Source of the DNA: a virus
Length of the DNA stretch: 64,000 bases
Virus record (IMG/VR): IMGVR_UViG_3300028586_000750
Direction: 5' to 3' (one strand)
Part shown: one piece after another, positions 36,766 through 46,925 of the stretch
Layout: every line of letters begins with the position of its first letter
How positions within the stretch are numbered: position 1 is the first letter of the stretch
Notes under the pieces: generated by a model
The model's database searches: none
The model's input: the letters and a program-made list of their open reading frames with translations, nothing else
Told to the model about the DNA's origin: nothing
Program-made: the position numbers and the translations under genes

Positions 36766-37104
36766 ATGATTCACATCGTTCGCGCCAACCGTAAGAACTT
36801 CTTCGTTGATGCTGAGAACAGCGGTCAGGCTATTCGCATCATGCAGTACCTGCCTTTCAACATGACTGGGGCCATTGCTGACCCGTACGAGCACGATGTC
36901 CCTGCTGGTAACATCATCTACACCAAGGATGACGGTCGTATGCCTCTTCTGGGCGGTCGTTACCTTCTCAAGATTCGTGATGAGGCTGGCTGGACTGTCG
37001 TCGCTGAGGTTATGAACGGTCCTCTTTGGACGCGCATCTTCCTTGATGCTAAGGCTCGCTACGGTGAGGACAAGGTTTCCTCTGAGTTCGTAATGAACGA
37101 CTAA
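36766..37104 (+). CDS. Hypothetical protein
   Basis: RBS AAGGA; C-ending codon bias. Confidence 0.7.
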   Translation: MIHIVRANRKNFFVDAENSGQAIRIMQYLPFNMTGAIADPYEHDVPAGNIIYTKDDGRMPLLGGRYLLKIRDEAGWTVVAEVMNGPLWTRIFLDAKARYGEDKVSSEFVMND

Positions 37105-37110
37105 AAATAA

Positions 37111-37156
37111 AAAAGTTAAGGCCCCACTAGTTCATTCTGGTGGGGCCTTAACTTTT
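37111..37156. terminator. CCCCAC(T/C)AG palindrome
   Basis: 20-bp stem with one T-G pair. Confidence 0.8.
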
Positions 37157-37225
37157 GTTGTGCTGTGTTTAAAAACTTACTTCATTTTCTGAGGTAATTT
37201 CTGTTTAGGCGATAGACTAGTTACT

Positions 37226-37513
37226 ATGTTTACAATTTTTACATTTATCCTAAGCACTATCGCTGGTATGATTGCCTACCGTTTCGCTGCTGGTCACATT
37301 GCTGCTAAAGAGACACCTGTAAGCTACAAAATAGAGTTGATTACTAAGACTGTTTTCTCTGTTGTGGGTGGTCTTATTGGTCTTGTGTTAGCTGGTGTAC
37401 TTTACGGTCTTCTTAAAGTTGCTATTCCTTTGATTATTATTGGTGGAGCAATTTACTTGTTCTTCTTGTACCGTTCTGAAATTCGTAACTTCTTAAAAAC
37501 TGGCCGTCTATAA
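37226..37513 (+). CDS. Membrane protein
   Basis: Three hydrophobic segments; leaderless. Confidence 0.65.
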   Translation: MFTIFTFILSTIAGMIAYRFAAGHIAAKETPVSYKIELITKTVFSVVGGLIGLVLAGVLYGLLKVAIPLIIIGGAIYLFFLYRSEIRNFLKTGRL

Positions 37514-37558
37514 AGTTTAAATAAGAATAGCCCCTCACTTGATTGTGAGGGGCTATTC

Positions 37559-37861
37559 TTATGCAGATTCGGTGTTAAGTTTAACACCAGTTATATCTTG
37601 GATGATGCTACCCATAACGAGTGCTTCAATGCACTTTCCTTCTAGACTAAGCGGTACACGTGGTACTTCGCTTAGCGTGGTTAGAAGGTAAATGTCTGGG
37701 ACATTATCGTATGGTGTTAACCAGTAAAGTTCTTGGTTTCGGCTGAGAACAACAGAGCGCTTGGTGCTTCTGTCGGGGAAAGGCAAGGCTTCAACTACGA
37801 AATCTTTGCCGTCGAGTGTAATAGTTTCATGTTGGTATAGATATTGGATGTCTTCGTTCAT
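37559..37861 (-). CDS. Hypothetical protein
   Basis: Single ORF ending at a hairpin. Confidence 0.6.
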   Translation of the reverse strand: MNEDIQYLYQHETITLDGKDFVVEALPFPDRSTKRSVVLSRNQELYWLTPYDNVPDIYLLTTLSEVPRVPLSLEGKCIEALVMGSIIQDITGVKLNTESA

Positions 37862-37962
37862 AGTGATTTATATATCGGAAGTTTCTAGAAAATTAACGCA
37901 AATGGGAAAAGACAATGGCTCTCAAACTATATGTACAGTTTGAGAGCCATTGGTAAGTTTAC

Positions 37963-38139
37963 TTACGCAGCGAGGTAAACTTCGGCAACCTCAGCCTGAG
38001 AAGCACCAGCAGGAACCTCAACAAAGTCCTGGGTGAAGATACCATCCTTGAGGATGGAGTAATAATCCTTACCTCCACGAGTTACCTCGAACTCAGCGGT
38101 AACGTTAAGAGTGTCGGTGTTGATAAGAGTAATAGCCAT
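37963..38139 (-). CDS. 58-aa hypothetical protein
   Basis: Start reassigned to MAITLINT (RBS AGGAG). Confidence 0.65.
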   Translation of the reverse strand: MAITLINTDTLNVTAEFEVTRGGKDYYSILKDGIFTQDFVEVPAGASQAEVAEVYLAA

Positions 38140-38297
38140 TGTGGTGCTCCTAGTTAGGTTTTTGTTTTCCGGGGTGTTCCCCGCTGACATTTATTAATAT
38201 ACACGGTTTTAAGTCAAAAAGCAACTTAGCTACAGCATCCATTAGAACAATAATTCAATTAAGAAGATAAAAACAGTTTTTCCGCTACTATAGATTC

Positions 38298-38621
38298 ATG
38301 GCACAAAAGATCAACGAGCGAGACTTAATGTGGGTTCTTAATACTCACATCACAGATGGTATTTACCCTATTGACGGAGCATACCGAGTAGAACCCTATA
38401 CTAAAGAAGATAGTGGCTGGCGCTTAATTTCCGTAGGAGACACAGAAGAGTACATGGAAAACCCCATGAACTTAGTCACTATGACTTTAGATGAGGTTCT
38501 AGCTATTGAACCTTCGTTAAAACGAATTAAAGATTTACCTGTTGGTTCCGAAATTCAGCTTATCCAAGATGAACATGATGTTCGTTTTGTTGACTACGAT
38601 ACCAAAGTAGATATTTTTTAA
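38298..38621 (+). CDS. DUF2185/Imm33-like protein
   Basis: EDSGWRLISVGDTEEYMENPMNL...L.IEP.L..I.DLPVG. Confidence 0.7.
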   Translation: MAQKINERDLMWVLNTHITDGIYPIDGAYRVEPYTKEDSGWRLISVGDTEEYMENPMNLVTMTLDEVLAIEPSLKRIKDLPVGSEIQLIQDEHDVRFVDYDTKVDIF

Positions 38622-38625
38622 TATT

Positions 38626-38671
38626 AATAAGTAATGCCCTACCAGAATTAACTGGTAGGGCATTACTTATT
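38626..38671. terminator. CCCTACCAG-variant palindrome
   Basis: 20-bp stem with compensatory change, convergent genes. Confidence 0.85.
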
Positions 38672-38675
38672 TTAG

Positions 38676-39854
38676 TTAGACACCGGAGTAATCAGGTGTT
38701 CCGTCAGCATTCTTAGGAAGTGGCGTTCCATCTTCGTAAGTAGGCCAAGCTAACCTTCTTTTTGGTTGTTCTGGTGGAGTAGGCACAGCTTCTGGTTCTT
38801 GAACTGGTAAAGCAGGCTCAGATACCTCTGGGACGCTCTGTGGCGCGTTCTGCGCTTCTGTGGCGCTATCTGCGACAGGTTGGCGGCTCTCTTCCGGTTG
38901 AGGCGCTACAGGGGCGTTTACAGGCTGTGGCGCTGCGATTGGTTCTCTTTGTTGTACAGGAGAAACCTGTTGTGCAGGAGAAACTTGTTGTGCATTGCTT
39001 CCATAAGCAGGTAAGTTAACTGTTTGGACAGGTGTAGCAAAAATTACTTTTCCATGATTGTCCACAGGTTGTCCATACTTGTCATAAGCATAAGGAACAA
39101 CAATATTTCCACGATTGTCAACGAGAGTTTGTCCATTGTTGTTATCAAAAGGACGAGCAAAATTATTTACAGGTGCAATTGCTGGTTTCTTAGGACCAAA
39201 TAAGCTTACGCATAGAGGAATAAGTGCCGCTCCAACTGCGGTAAGAATAACTGTTGCCCACATAGCTCTCCAGTAGAATTCACCATAAGTAATGTGGCTA
39301 ATTACAAGAGGAAGAACAAGGAACAGTGTTGTTAAGCTGATAAGAACTAAAGTACCAATAGCTGTTGCTTTAATGGAACTGGTTTCGTATCTACGGCTAA
39401 CATTTACAAGCCATGAACCTATCAATAAGGCTAACCTCAAAAGGACAAGAACCCAGAATAGCTGGAAGAACTTGACAGCAACGAGAATGACATAAGGCTC
39501 TTCATTTGTAGTCAAGTAATCTTGCAACCAAATCTTATACAACCCTGCAAGTAGTAAGAATATTGACGTGAATAAGCCAGCCAGAGCAAAGTTGTTGCCT
39601 TTGTTTGTGGAAACTTCTGCGTCAAACCATGCAAGAAACGCTAGGACAACAACAAGTACAATTGTGGCAAGTGCTTTAACGTGAAGTTCACCAAAGCTAC
39701 CAAATAAAGCTGCTACGGCTGCAATTAATCCAGCAAAAACTACTGAACCTACAATGGTTTTTAGGACCATTCCGCGAACTTTGCTCCACAGTGGTGAAAG
39801 CTGCTCATCATTGTTGGTTGGTTGTACGCTAGTTACAGCGTTGGGAAAAGACAT
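38676..39854 (-). CDS. Multi-pass membrane protein with P/Q-rich C-terminal tail
   Basis: About seven TM helices; QQVSP tandem repeat; start MSFPNA. Confidence 0.75.
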   Translation of the reverse strand: MSFPNAVTSVQPTNNDEQLSPLWSKVRGMVLKTIVGSVVFAGLIAAVAALFGSFGELHVKALATIVLVVVLAFLAWFDAEVSTNKGNNFALAGLFTSIFLLLAGLYKIWLQDYLTTNEEPYVILVAVKFFQLFWVLVLLRLALLIGSWLVNVSRRYETSSIKATAIGTLVLISLTTLFLVLPLVISHITYGEFYWRAMWATVILTAVGAALIPLCVSLFGPKKPAIAPVNNFARPFDNNNGQTLVDNRGNIVVPYAYDKYGQPVDNHGKVIFATPVQTVNLPAYGSNAQQVSPAQQVSPVQQREPIAAPQPVNAPVAPQPEESRQPVADSATEAQNAPQSVPEVSEPALPVQEPEAVPTPPEQPKRRLAWPTYEDGTPLPKNADGTPDYSGV

Positions 39855-39948
39855 ATATTTACCTTTCGTCAACTGAGGTTGTTCAGTTATGTATGGTATA
39901 CATATCGGCCTTAACACCAAATCGCGTAAGATATAACCTTAACTGTGA

Positions 39949-41211
39949 TTACACCGTAACTTCGAGTAAAGCTAAGCTTGTAGCAAGCGTTAACTCGGCT
40001 GTAGAACTTCCCATTGTTCTTTCTAAGTAGTTATCTAAACGGCTCACATAGTCAGCGCGCTCTTCAAAGCTATAGCATTCCCAGAGATTTTTGTGCTCAA
40101 AATACAAATGAACATTCTCAGGAAGACGAGCCGAATATACGTCAATAGAAGTGGAATACTTTTTGCATTCTTTTTCAAAAGCATAATACACTTCTTCATT
40201 CAACTTATCTAAACCAGTAATAGACAATAAACCATGAAAAAAGTAGCTTGATGACTTTTTGGCGTTCTTCATTGCTGTCAAATATTCAATCAAGTCTTCT
40301 TGCTTAACATGACCGATATATGAAAGCAAATTATAACCGTCAGTGTCCGCCCATGTATCACGGAATGTTTCGGGTGCACTGGCTACACGGAAACCATTCT
40401 CATGAAGGTCAAGTTTTAGTTGTTCATCTTCGGGATAACCTGATTGAAGCAAATATTTAATGCTTCGCATAGCTTCTTGGTCTTCTTCTTTCGTACTGTC
40501 TTTAATAACTTTAAACAAAGCTAAAGCTTCAGCGTAAACGTTATCTGACCATTTTTTATCTGAGATAGAAAAACTAAACTTTTCATAAACAGCTTTTTTG
40601 ACAAATTCCTTTACTGTTACCCCACCTATTATATTTAGACTTTGGTAAAGAGGAGTCATACGATTTGGGTTGTTGAATGTTGCTGGTACTTCATATTTGT
40701 AGATATACGATTTCAACAATTCTACATTTTCATATGAATAGTTTAGGTAACTGTAAGTAGAATAATTTTCAGTTACAAGCTCATCTGGGTCCATAGTATT
40801 AGCAACATCGATTTCAACTGCTTCCTCAAATAATTTGTTTCGTGTGCTTTCTTTAAGGTTAAAAACATTCGCAAATTGTAAAATCCTAGGAATGAATTTA
40901 TAACCGTCACTATGAAGACCATTAAATACATAATCTTGTTCTGCAAGATACGCAACAGCATTAAGCACAACATCATCCCAGTATCCTTCTTCCCAGGAAG
41001 CAGTATTAAGATAATTGATTAGCATGTAATCTCTTAACAATCCACCAATAAACAATTCAGGGTATTGGGAAAAGACTTCTCTCCCATATTTACGAGTAAT
41101 GTAAAGAGATTGTGCTTTGAAATTTTCAGGCTGGCCAAGTACCGAACCTCTTTCAAAGTAAGGAAGTACGCGCTCTAAACTATCTAACTCATTTGTTGCC
41201 ATTGTAAGCAT
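39949..41211 (-). CDS. Large hypothetical helical protein
   Basis: 420-aa ORF, Y/E/K-rich, no motif recognised. Confidence 0.7.
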   Translation of the reverse strand: MLTMATNELDSLERVLPYFERGSVLGQPENFKAQSLYITRKYGREVFSQYPELFIGGLLRDYMLINYLNTASWEEGYWDDVVLNAVAYLAEQDYVFNGLHSDGYKFIPRILQFANVFNLKESTRNKLFEEAVEIDVANTMDPDELVTENYSTYSYLNYSYENVELLKSYIYKYEVPATFNNPNRMTPLYQSLNIIGGVTVKEFVKKAVYEKFSFSISDKKWSDNVYAEALALFKVIKDSTKEEDQEAMRSIKYLLQSGYPEDEQLKLDLHENGFRVASAPETFRDTWADTDGYNLLSYIGHVKQEDLIEYLTAMKNAKKSSSYFFHGLLSITGLDKLNEEVYYAFEKECKKYSTSIDVYSARLPENVHLYFEHKNLWECYSFEERADYVSRLDNYLERTMGSSTAELTLATSLALLEVTV

Positions 41212-41220
41212 TTTACCTCG

Positions 41221-42789
41221 TTAATTTTTTGCTGGATACGTTTCTGAATAAGTGTGAGTTTCAATTACTTCCATATATAAGTCTAAAGGAAGTTCCTGTT
41301 CGAAAAAGCCGTAATCTTTGGTTGTCATCCCATATTTTTTAACTTTCCTCTTGAAAGCAGCTTTTCCATCTTTGTCATAACCCGGATAAACTTTTAGATA
41401 TTCAAGCCTTAAAGAAAAAGCGTTAACTATTTCTGGTTCAGTGAAATACTGGTCGTTGTAAAAACCAGGTAAAGGATGCGTTTGCGAAGCCGCAGGGGCT
41501 AACATACTGGCAAATATTTCAGGTGCTTCCATTAAGCTACGATAAAACATTGAACGGTAATTTTTTCGCCCCTCTTGAAGAGGAAGCATGTCAAAAAGTT
41601 TCCAATAATGGTGATGTTTCATACGAGGGTTCTGCACTAAACCTTTCAATAAAATTGAATTAGGTGCCCTGCGTAAACGACCACCCTCATCATATTCATC
41701 TACTCTCTGAGACAAAGCATCCAACACTTCATCAATCATCCAATCTTCATTAAGAAGACGGACACGATAAGACCTCTCCATAGTGCTAGTACCATCAAGC
41801 ACAGTATAAAAACCTAAGTAAGGTTCATCAGGAAGGACATATCTCTTATCATAAGAAATATGTGAGTTCAAAACTTGTTTACGAGCATCAATAGGCACAT
41901 CTGTGTTATCTAAAGCACTCCTAATAATGTACTTAGGGAAATTTATTATGTCGTTCGCATTCAAACCTCTTAAATGTTCAGCAAGTAACAATGTTCTTGC
42001 TTCACTAAAGCGATAATCTGCATAGAATGTAACCTCAGCAAAACGTTTGGCGTGCGTTTCAAGTAAAGCTGTAAATGTTGCATCTGTAAGGAAAGGGTTA
42101 TCTAATGGACCCATAGTTTTATAACCCGCAACAAGATTAGCAAGCTTTTCTTGCGCTCTCGCGTTTCGTGCTGCTTTGTTAAATTTATCAGCTTCTTCAA
42201 TGAGGATATCTGAACTAAATCTTGGGTCATTACGTGGAAGATAATCAGGAATAACCCAAGGGGAACCTTCATACATTGTTGTACCGTCTAAAGGAAAAAC
42301 AATACTTTCTTCTTTTATGAAACGGAAGTTCTTCTGGTTGTACAAACTAAAATTAGGGTAAGCAACTACATCTTTTAAAGCATCAATTGCTTGCGCTGAT
42401 AACTGGAAGTTCTCGTAAGCGCGAAACGGAACTTTTTGGTCAGTCTTAGAATAAAAATCAGGCTTATAAACTATGCGTTCCAACCATTTCACAAGATGAT
42501 AGGACGCTTTCTTTTTAGTAATGTTCATATGCAAATTAGCGGAGCCAAGAAGACCTAAAAAGTTGATAGTTTGATAACTAACAAAATTAGCGAAAAAAGA
42601 CCCATCATCATCTGGGTGAGTAGCCGCATAATATTCAAGGAACTCTAAACTGTTCTGCTGGTTGATGATTGCAGATAAAGACACACCTTTAGCTTGACGG
42701 TAATCTCTTGTTTCGTTAAGAAACCAAGGGTTGTCGTCAACAAAGTCCCTTAAATCAGTAGGGTTAATTTCGTCAGGAATTAGAGGCAT
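41221..42789 (-). CDS. Large hypothetical helical protein
   Basis: 522-aa ORF, no motif recognised. Confidence 0.7.
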   Translation of the reverse strand: MPLIPDEINPTDLRDFVDDNPWFLNETRDYRQAKGVSLSAIINQQNSLEFLEYYAATHPDDDGSFFANFVSYQTINFLGLLGSANLHMNITKKKASYHLVKWLERIVYKPDFYSKTDQKVPFRAYENFQLSAQAIDALKDVVAYPNFSLYNQKNFRFIKEESIVFPLDGTTMYEGSPWVIPDYLPRNDPRFSSDILIEEADKFNKAARNARAQEKLANLVAGYKTMGPLDNPFLTDATFTALLETHAKRFAEVTFYADYRFSEARTLLLAEHLRGLNANDIINFPKYIIRSALDNTDVPIDARKQVLNSHISYDKRYVLPDEPYLGFYTVLDGTSTMERSYRVRLLNEDWMIDEVLDALSQRVDEYDEGGRLRRAPNSILLKGLVQNPRMKHHHYWKLFDMLPLQEGRKNYRSMFYRSLMEAPEIFASMLAPAASQTHPLPGFYNDQYFTEPEIVNAFSLRLEYLKVYPGYDKDGKAAFKRKVKKYGMTTKDYGFFEQELPLDLYMEVIETHTYSETYPAKN

Positions 42790-42860
42790 ATTTTAGAATA
42801 ATTTATTACGGTTGTAATACAAGCATACACTATACAACTCTAAAAAGCAATACAGCTAAC

Positions 42861-44189
42861 TCATACTTTTGTAATAACCAATTCACCGTTTTCAAGCACT
42901 GAATATTTTTCTAAGTCTTCATCACTAAAGCTATAAGTTTCAACAATCTGCTGGAATTCCATGTTTGCTTTTAACGCAAGAACATCAATGGTCCATAAAA
43001 CAGGAAGAGCACCGAACTCAGCAGCTAAATGAGCGTAACTCTGAATGAATTCCTTGCGTTTCTGGCTGTCATAGTAAGGGAACAATTGTTTGATAGCAGA
43101 AAAGACATATGTTGCTTGAAAGTTCTCGTCTTTACTTAAAATCTTTAACCCTTTAGCGGAAGCTCTATAACCATGTAAAGCTACTATTTTTGAAGGGCAA
43201 TCATCTTTGTTTCCAATAAGACCAAGTAGCTCTGCTTTAAATGGAGCCACCTTTAAACCAGGAACATTTTCTTCCCAATTTTGTAAGAGCAAATATGCGT
43301 CTAGGAACTCTTCTTCTGTGCGGATGTTGTTAATAAGTTTACGCATAAACTTTTTAACATGGTCTTCTTTATCTGGATGTTGATAGTTAATTGCTTGTTC
43401 GCGGTAGTAATCAACGAAAGCATGATGGTCTATACCGTATTCAAGGCAGACAGAGCGATACTTTTTAATGATACGTTCAGAAGGTTCGCATGACTTCAAT
43501 GCAGTGTTCAAAGTTAACTTTTTCGCAAGCATAGCTTTTTCAAGTATGTGCCATTTAGCTTCCGGTACAGGGAAGTTCTCTACGTAACCATCTTTATCTA
43601 AGATAAAGTTCAACATATGGGAGAACTGCCTGTCTGAAAGTTCAGGGTTCTGTACCATTGTTGGACGATGAGTACGGTAGCTTTCAAACCTTTTACTGTA
43701 GGTGTCAGCGATTTTCTTTAATGTACGTGTAGAAAAAATTGTCTCATCAACGCGGCCTAAATATTTATGAACATTTTTCAGGATGATTTTTTCTTTCAAC
43801 TCATAAGGAATGTTCTGTGCATTAATTAAGCCATCAACAAAGTTTACTTCTTCTCCCTCTGCTACACGATGCGCGAAAGGTAGAAGGATGCTTTCAGGTA
43901 TTACTGCTATCTCTTTTGTTTTCGCGGTAGAGTAATGTTTTCCATAGAAGCTGTTAGGATCTTTTGTCATGTTGACAGCTATGACTTGCTGAATGGCAAG
44001 CTTGTTCCAGTTGTCTACTTCTAATTCTGATAGGACAAACATGTTGTCCTTGTTTAAACGCTCTTGGAGAAAGACATTATTTCCGGAAGCGATATACCTT
44101 TTGAATTGGGTAACAAGATATAAGCTTTCTTTTTCGTGCGCGTCAGAGTAAGCGTTGTAACGTTCTTGCGTATCTTCGTAAGTTGCCAT
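42861..44189 (-). CDS. Large hypothetical helical protein
   Basis: 442-aa ORF; scattered NxP/NP.L helical-repeat-like motifs. Confidence 0.7.
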   Translation of the reverse strand: MATYEDTQERYNAYSDAHEKESLYLVTQFKRYIASGNNVFLQERLNKDNMFVLSELEVDNWNKLAIQQVIAVNMTKDPNSFYGKHYSTAKTKEIAVIPESILLPFAHRVAEGEEVNFVDGLINAQNIPYELKEKIILKNVHKYLGRVDETIFSTRTLKKIADTYSKRFESYRTHRPTMVQNPELSDRQFSHMLNFILDKDGYVENFPVPEAKWHILEKAMLAKKLTLNTALKSCEPSERIIKKYRSVCLEYGIDHHAFVDYYREQAINYQHPDKEDHVKKFMRKLINNIRTEEEFLDAYLLLQNWEENVPGLKVAPFKAELLGLIGNKDDCPSKIVALHGYRASAKGLKILSKDENFQATYVFSAIKQLFPYYDSQKRKEFIQSYAHLAAEFGALPVLWTIDVLALKANMEFQQIVETYSFSDEDLEKYSVLENGELVITKV

Positions 44190-44259
44190 ATTTATAGTTT
44201 GTTTATCGTCAAAGTGGGGTTTGCAGCTTTAGCCACAAACCCCACTTTGTTGTTAATTT

Positions 44260-44913
44260 TTAGCCGCGTGAACGCTTAGCAATCTCCTTTAGCACATCAA
44301 CAAGAGGCGCAGTGGAGATAACGGTGCGGTAGGAATACGAATTCTTGGAGTAGACATATGCTCCGTTCTTACCTACGTGAAGGAAAGTCTGACCGTAGTC
44401 GTCGTCTTCATCGAAATCATCTTCCAAAGGGAAACTCGAAACGTAGAACTCGTAACGAGGCTTCCATGCACGAGCGGCACGCTGGATGCGAGTGATAACG
44501 TCTGCAAGCTTAACGATTTCCTCGTCGGAGATTTCCTCGTCTAGACGAACAATGAAGGTGTTGAGCGAGAAGGAATAGTCCTTGTCAGTATCATGTCCAA
44601 CATGTCCGTACCGACCAAGGAAACGTGCAACACCTTCTGACTTTAGAGTTGCATCAATGAAAGGCGAGATTGTATCAACGTCACCAATACCGTTGTTCCA
44701 GTTAGCAATTCCAAGCTCACGGAAGTCATCACGGTCGAAAAGGTCAAACTTGGAAATGTTCTCGGTCCACCAAGCGGCCTTAACACGCTCACGAGCAGCA
44801 AAGATTTCGGTGGCGCGAGCGTTAAGGGCTGCACGCTTCTCGTTAATAGCGTCAAGCTCAGCCTGAACCTCTACGAACTCAGGGGCCAGTTCAAAAGACG
44901 GCGACTTACTCAT
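44260..44913 (-). CDS. Hypothetical protein with N-terminal coiled coil
   Basis: RBS GAGG; start MSKSPSF. Confidence 0.7.
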   Translation of the reverse strand: MSKSPSFELAPEFVEVQAELDAINEKRAALNARATEIFAARERVKAAWWTENISKFDLFDRDDFRELGIANWNNGIGDVDTISPFIDATLKSEGVARFLGRYGHVGHDTDKDYSFSLNTFIVRLDEEISDEEIVKLADVITRIQRAARAWKPRYEFYVSSFPLEDDFDEDDDYGQTFLHVGKNGAYVYSKNSYSYRTVISTAPLVDVLKEIAKRSRG

Positions 44914-45078
44914 TTGGTACCTCATTAGAATGGTGTTGCGGAAATGTTTACATTTTCATAATACTCCATGTTCGTCAGCAATGTCAACCTAATTGGTAGA
45001 AAAATTGTTGCCACAAATGTCTGATGGTTGTGTTATGATTGAGGTAACAGCTAATCTACGAAAAGGAAGGAGCCAATC

Positions 45079-45663
45079 ATGGCTAACAAAGTTGTTGTTT
45101 TTATGGACTTTGATGGGGTCATTAATTGGCATGGCACTTCCCGTAGTCAGGTCAAGAAGTATGCTGATGCTTTCGGTTACTGGCGTCGTCACTCTGTCCC
45201 TCTTGACAGTGGTGTAGCTGGTGGGTGGGGCACGCATAGCACCACTTGGCAGGATATCTCATGGTCTGCTGAGCTTGTCAAAAAGCTCATGGACCTTAAA
45301 GACGACACAGGTTATGTGTGGCGTTGGCTCAGCACTTGGGTTAATGAGACTGAGAAACTTGACCGTATCCTTGGCATCAAGTCAGATGGTTGGGTTAATT
45401 GGAACCCTTATCCGGTTCCTTCGGTTGCTGATATCTCTGCTTACCGTTGTGCTCGCAAACTTGATGTTGTTCTTGATTTTGCTAAGAACAACCCGGATAC
45501 ACCTTTTGTTTGGGTTGACGACGAGGCTGTAGACTTGTGGACAGATGACCACGCGGCTTCTATGACTGCCCCTCATTTGGTTGTTAAGCCTTGGGAGAAG
45601 TTCGGTTTGGTGAAGCATGACCTAGCGAAAATCTCTGACTTCGTTAAAATGCACTCTGTATAA
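45079..45663 (+). CDS. HAD_SAK-type phosphatase copy 2
   Basis: FMDFDGVIN, WLSTW, FVWVDD; RBS AAGGAAGGAG. Confidence 0.82.
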   Translation: MANKVVVFMDFDGVINWHGTSRSQVKKYADAFGYWRRHSVPLDSGVAGGWGTHSTTWQDISWSAELVKKLMDLKDDTGYVWRWLSTWVNETEKLDRILGIKSDGWVNWNPYPVPSVADISAYRCARKLDVVLDFAKNNPDTPFVWVDDEAVDLWTDDHAASMTAPHLVVKPWEKFGLVKHDLAKISDFVKMHSV

Positions 45664-45722
45664 ACAAGTATTGCCCCTAATTTTAAGTTAGGGGCAATAC
45701 TTGTTTGGCTCAGGGAAAAGAC

Positions 45723-45772
45723 ATATAAGTTATGGCCTTACCAGAATTAAGTGGTAAGGCCATAACTTATAT
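45723..45772. terminator. CCTTACCAG-variant palindrome
   Basis: About 21-bp stem, AATTAA loop, convergent genes. Confidence 0.8.
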
Positions 45773-46252
45773 TTTGCTTGTATAGACTTTCGTTCTTCGC
45801 AAGATGGGAATTCCATCATAGAAGTTGAAACTTCTTAGCTCTAGCACAATAGGTTCTTCCTGCTTGCCACTAGTTAAGCTCAACGTGTATCCATTGTAGC
45901 CAATTCTTAGTTCAATCCTTTTGTAGCAACCTAATTTTGTAATCTGGTCGTGCTGGATGTCTACATTATTTCCATAAAAATCAGCTAAAGCGGAATGCGC
46001 AAACTTATCTAACTTTTTGACATACTTTTTAGGTACATTAGCTAGGTAATCTTCATATTCTTTCTGCGCTTTTTCCTTATCTCTTTCATTAGCTAAACTA
46101 TTTGCAACGATAAGATGAATAAAAGCTCCTGCCAAAGCGACATAAAAGACGATTTTAAAAACTTCACTAAGGTTGAGCACAATACCCAAAAAGAAAGATA
46201 CAACTAGCACTATTGCATGAATAGCGAGTAGCGCTTTTTCTAAACGGCTCAT
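45767..46252 (-). CDS. Membrane protein
   Basis: Two N-terminal TM helices. Confidence 0.6.
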   Translation of the reverse strand: MSRLEKALLAIHAIVLVVSFFLGIVLNLSEVFKIVFYVALAGAFIHLIVANSLANERDKEKAQKEYEDYLANVPKKYVKKLDKFAHSALADFYGNNVDIQHDQITKLGCYKRIELRIGYNGYTLSLTSGKQEEPIVLELRSFNFYDGIPILRRTKVYTSKI

Positions 46253-46268
46253 ATTTTCCTAAGTTTTA

Positions 46269-46877
46269 TTAGTTGGAAGTTCGTGCGCGGAATTCGTCCT
46301 GAGTAACGAAGATAGTTTTACGGTACGCACGTAGCTCTTCAATACTTTCCATAATGTCATCACGAGCATCATGTGTTTTCTTTTTCTCAAACTCAAAACC
46401 ATACCATGCACGCGCAACCCCCGCGAAAGAAGTTACATCAAGGCTACGGTAGTGGATGTGGCTGTAAAGGTTAGGAAGAAAGACGCTAGTGAAATCGCGG
46501 TCAAGCTTAATACTGTTACCGCCGAACCAGGCAGAACTTGGCTCAGGCTGGAACCTGCGGATGTATTCTGTAACTTCCTGGTCAATTACATCAAGAGTTT
46601 TACCATCAGTAGTAAGACGGTCCCAAAGGCCAGTTTCACTATGCATGTTTTTAACAAAATCATTGGCCTGAGCATAAGCAGCTTCTGCGCCAGCCTTGTC
46701 ATACTTAACAACAGCTTCATAGCCTTCGTCATCAAGTAGATTTAGGTCGTTGTCTGTAACGAAACACGCAATTTGAAGTAACGTGTCATCAGAAGTAAAA
46801 GGTGACAACCCTGTTGTCTCAACATCAATCCATACAATTTTATCCATACTAAAAAGTATATCATGTGCTGACGACAT
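46269..46877 (-). CDS. orn: Oligoribonuclease (DEDDh)
   Basis: VWIDVETTGL, MHSETGL, GNSIKLDRDF, HYRSLDVTS, HDARDDIMESIEELRAYR; exact start uncertain. Confidence 0.93.
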   Translation of the reverse strand: MSSAHDILFSMDKIVWIDVETTGLSPFTSDDTLLQIACFVTDNDLNLLDDEGYEAVVKYDKAGAEAAYAQANDFVKNMHSETGLWDRLTTDGKTLDVIDQEVTEYIRRFQPEPSSAWFGGNSIKLDRDFTSVFLPNLYSHIHYRSLDVTSFAGVARAWYGFEFEKKKTHDARDDIMESIEELRAYRKTIFVTQDEFRARTSN

Positions 46878-46925
46878 TATACAGAAAGCCCCATGCTTAG
46901 TAATCATGGGGGCTTTCTGTATAAA

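Noticed and set aside
39058-39066. Perfect actinobacterial DnaA box TTGTCCACA
   Set aside because: Single copy inside a coding sequence; compatible with chance.
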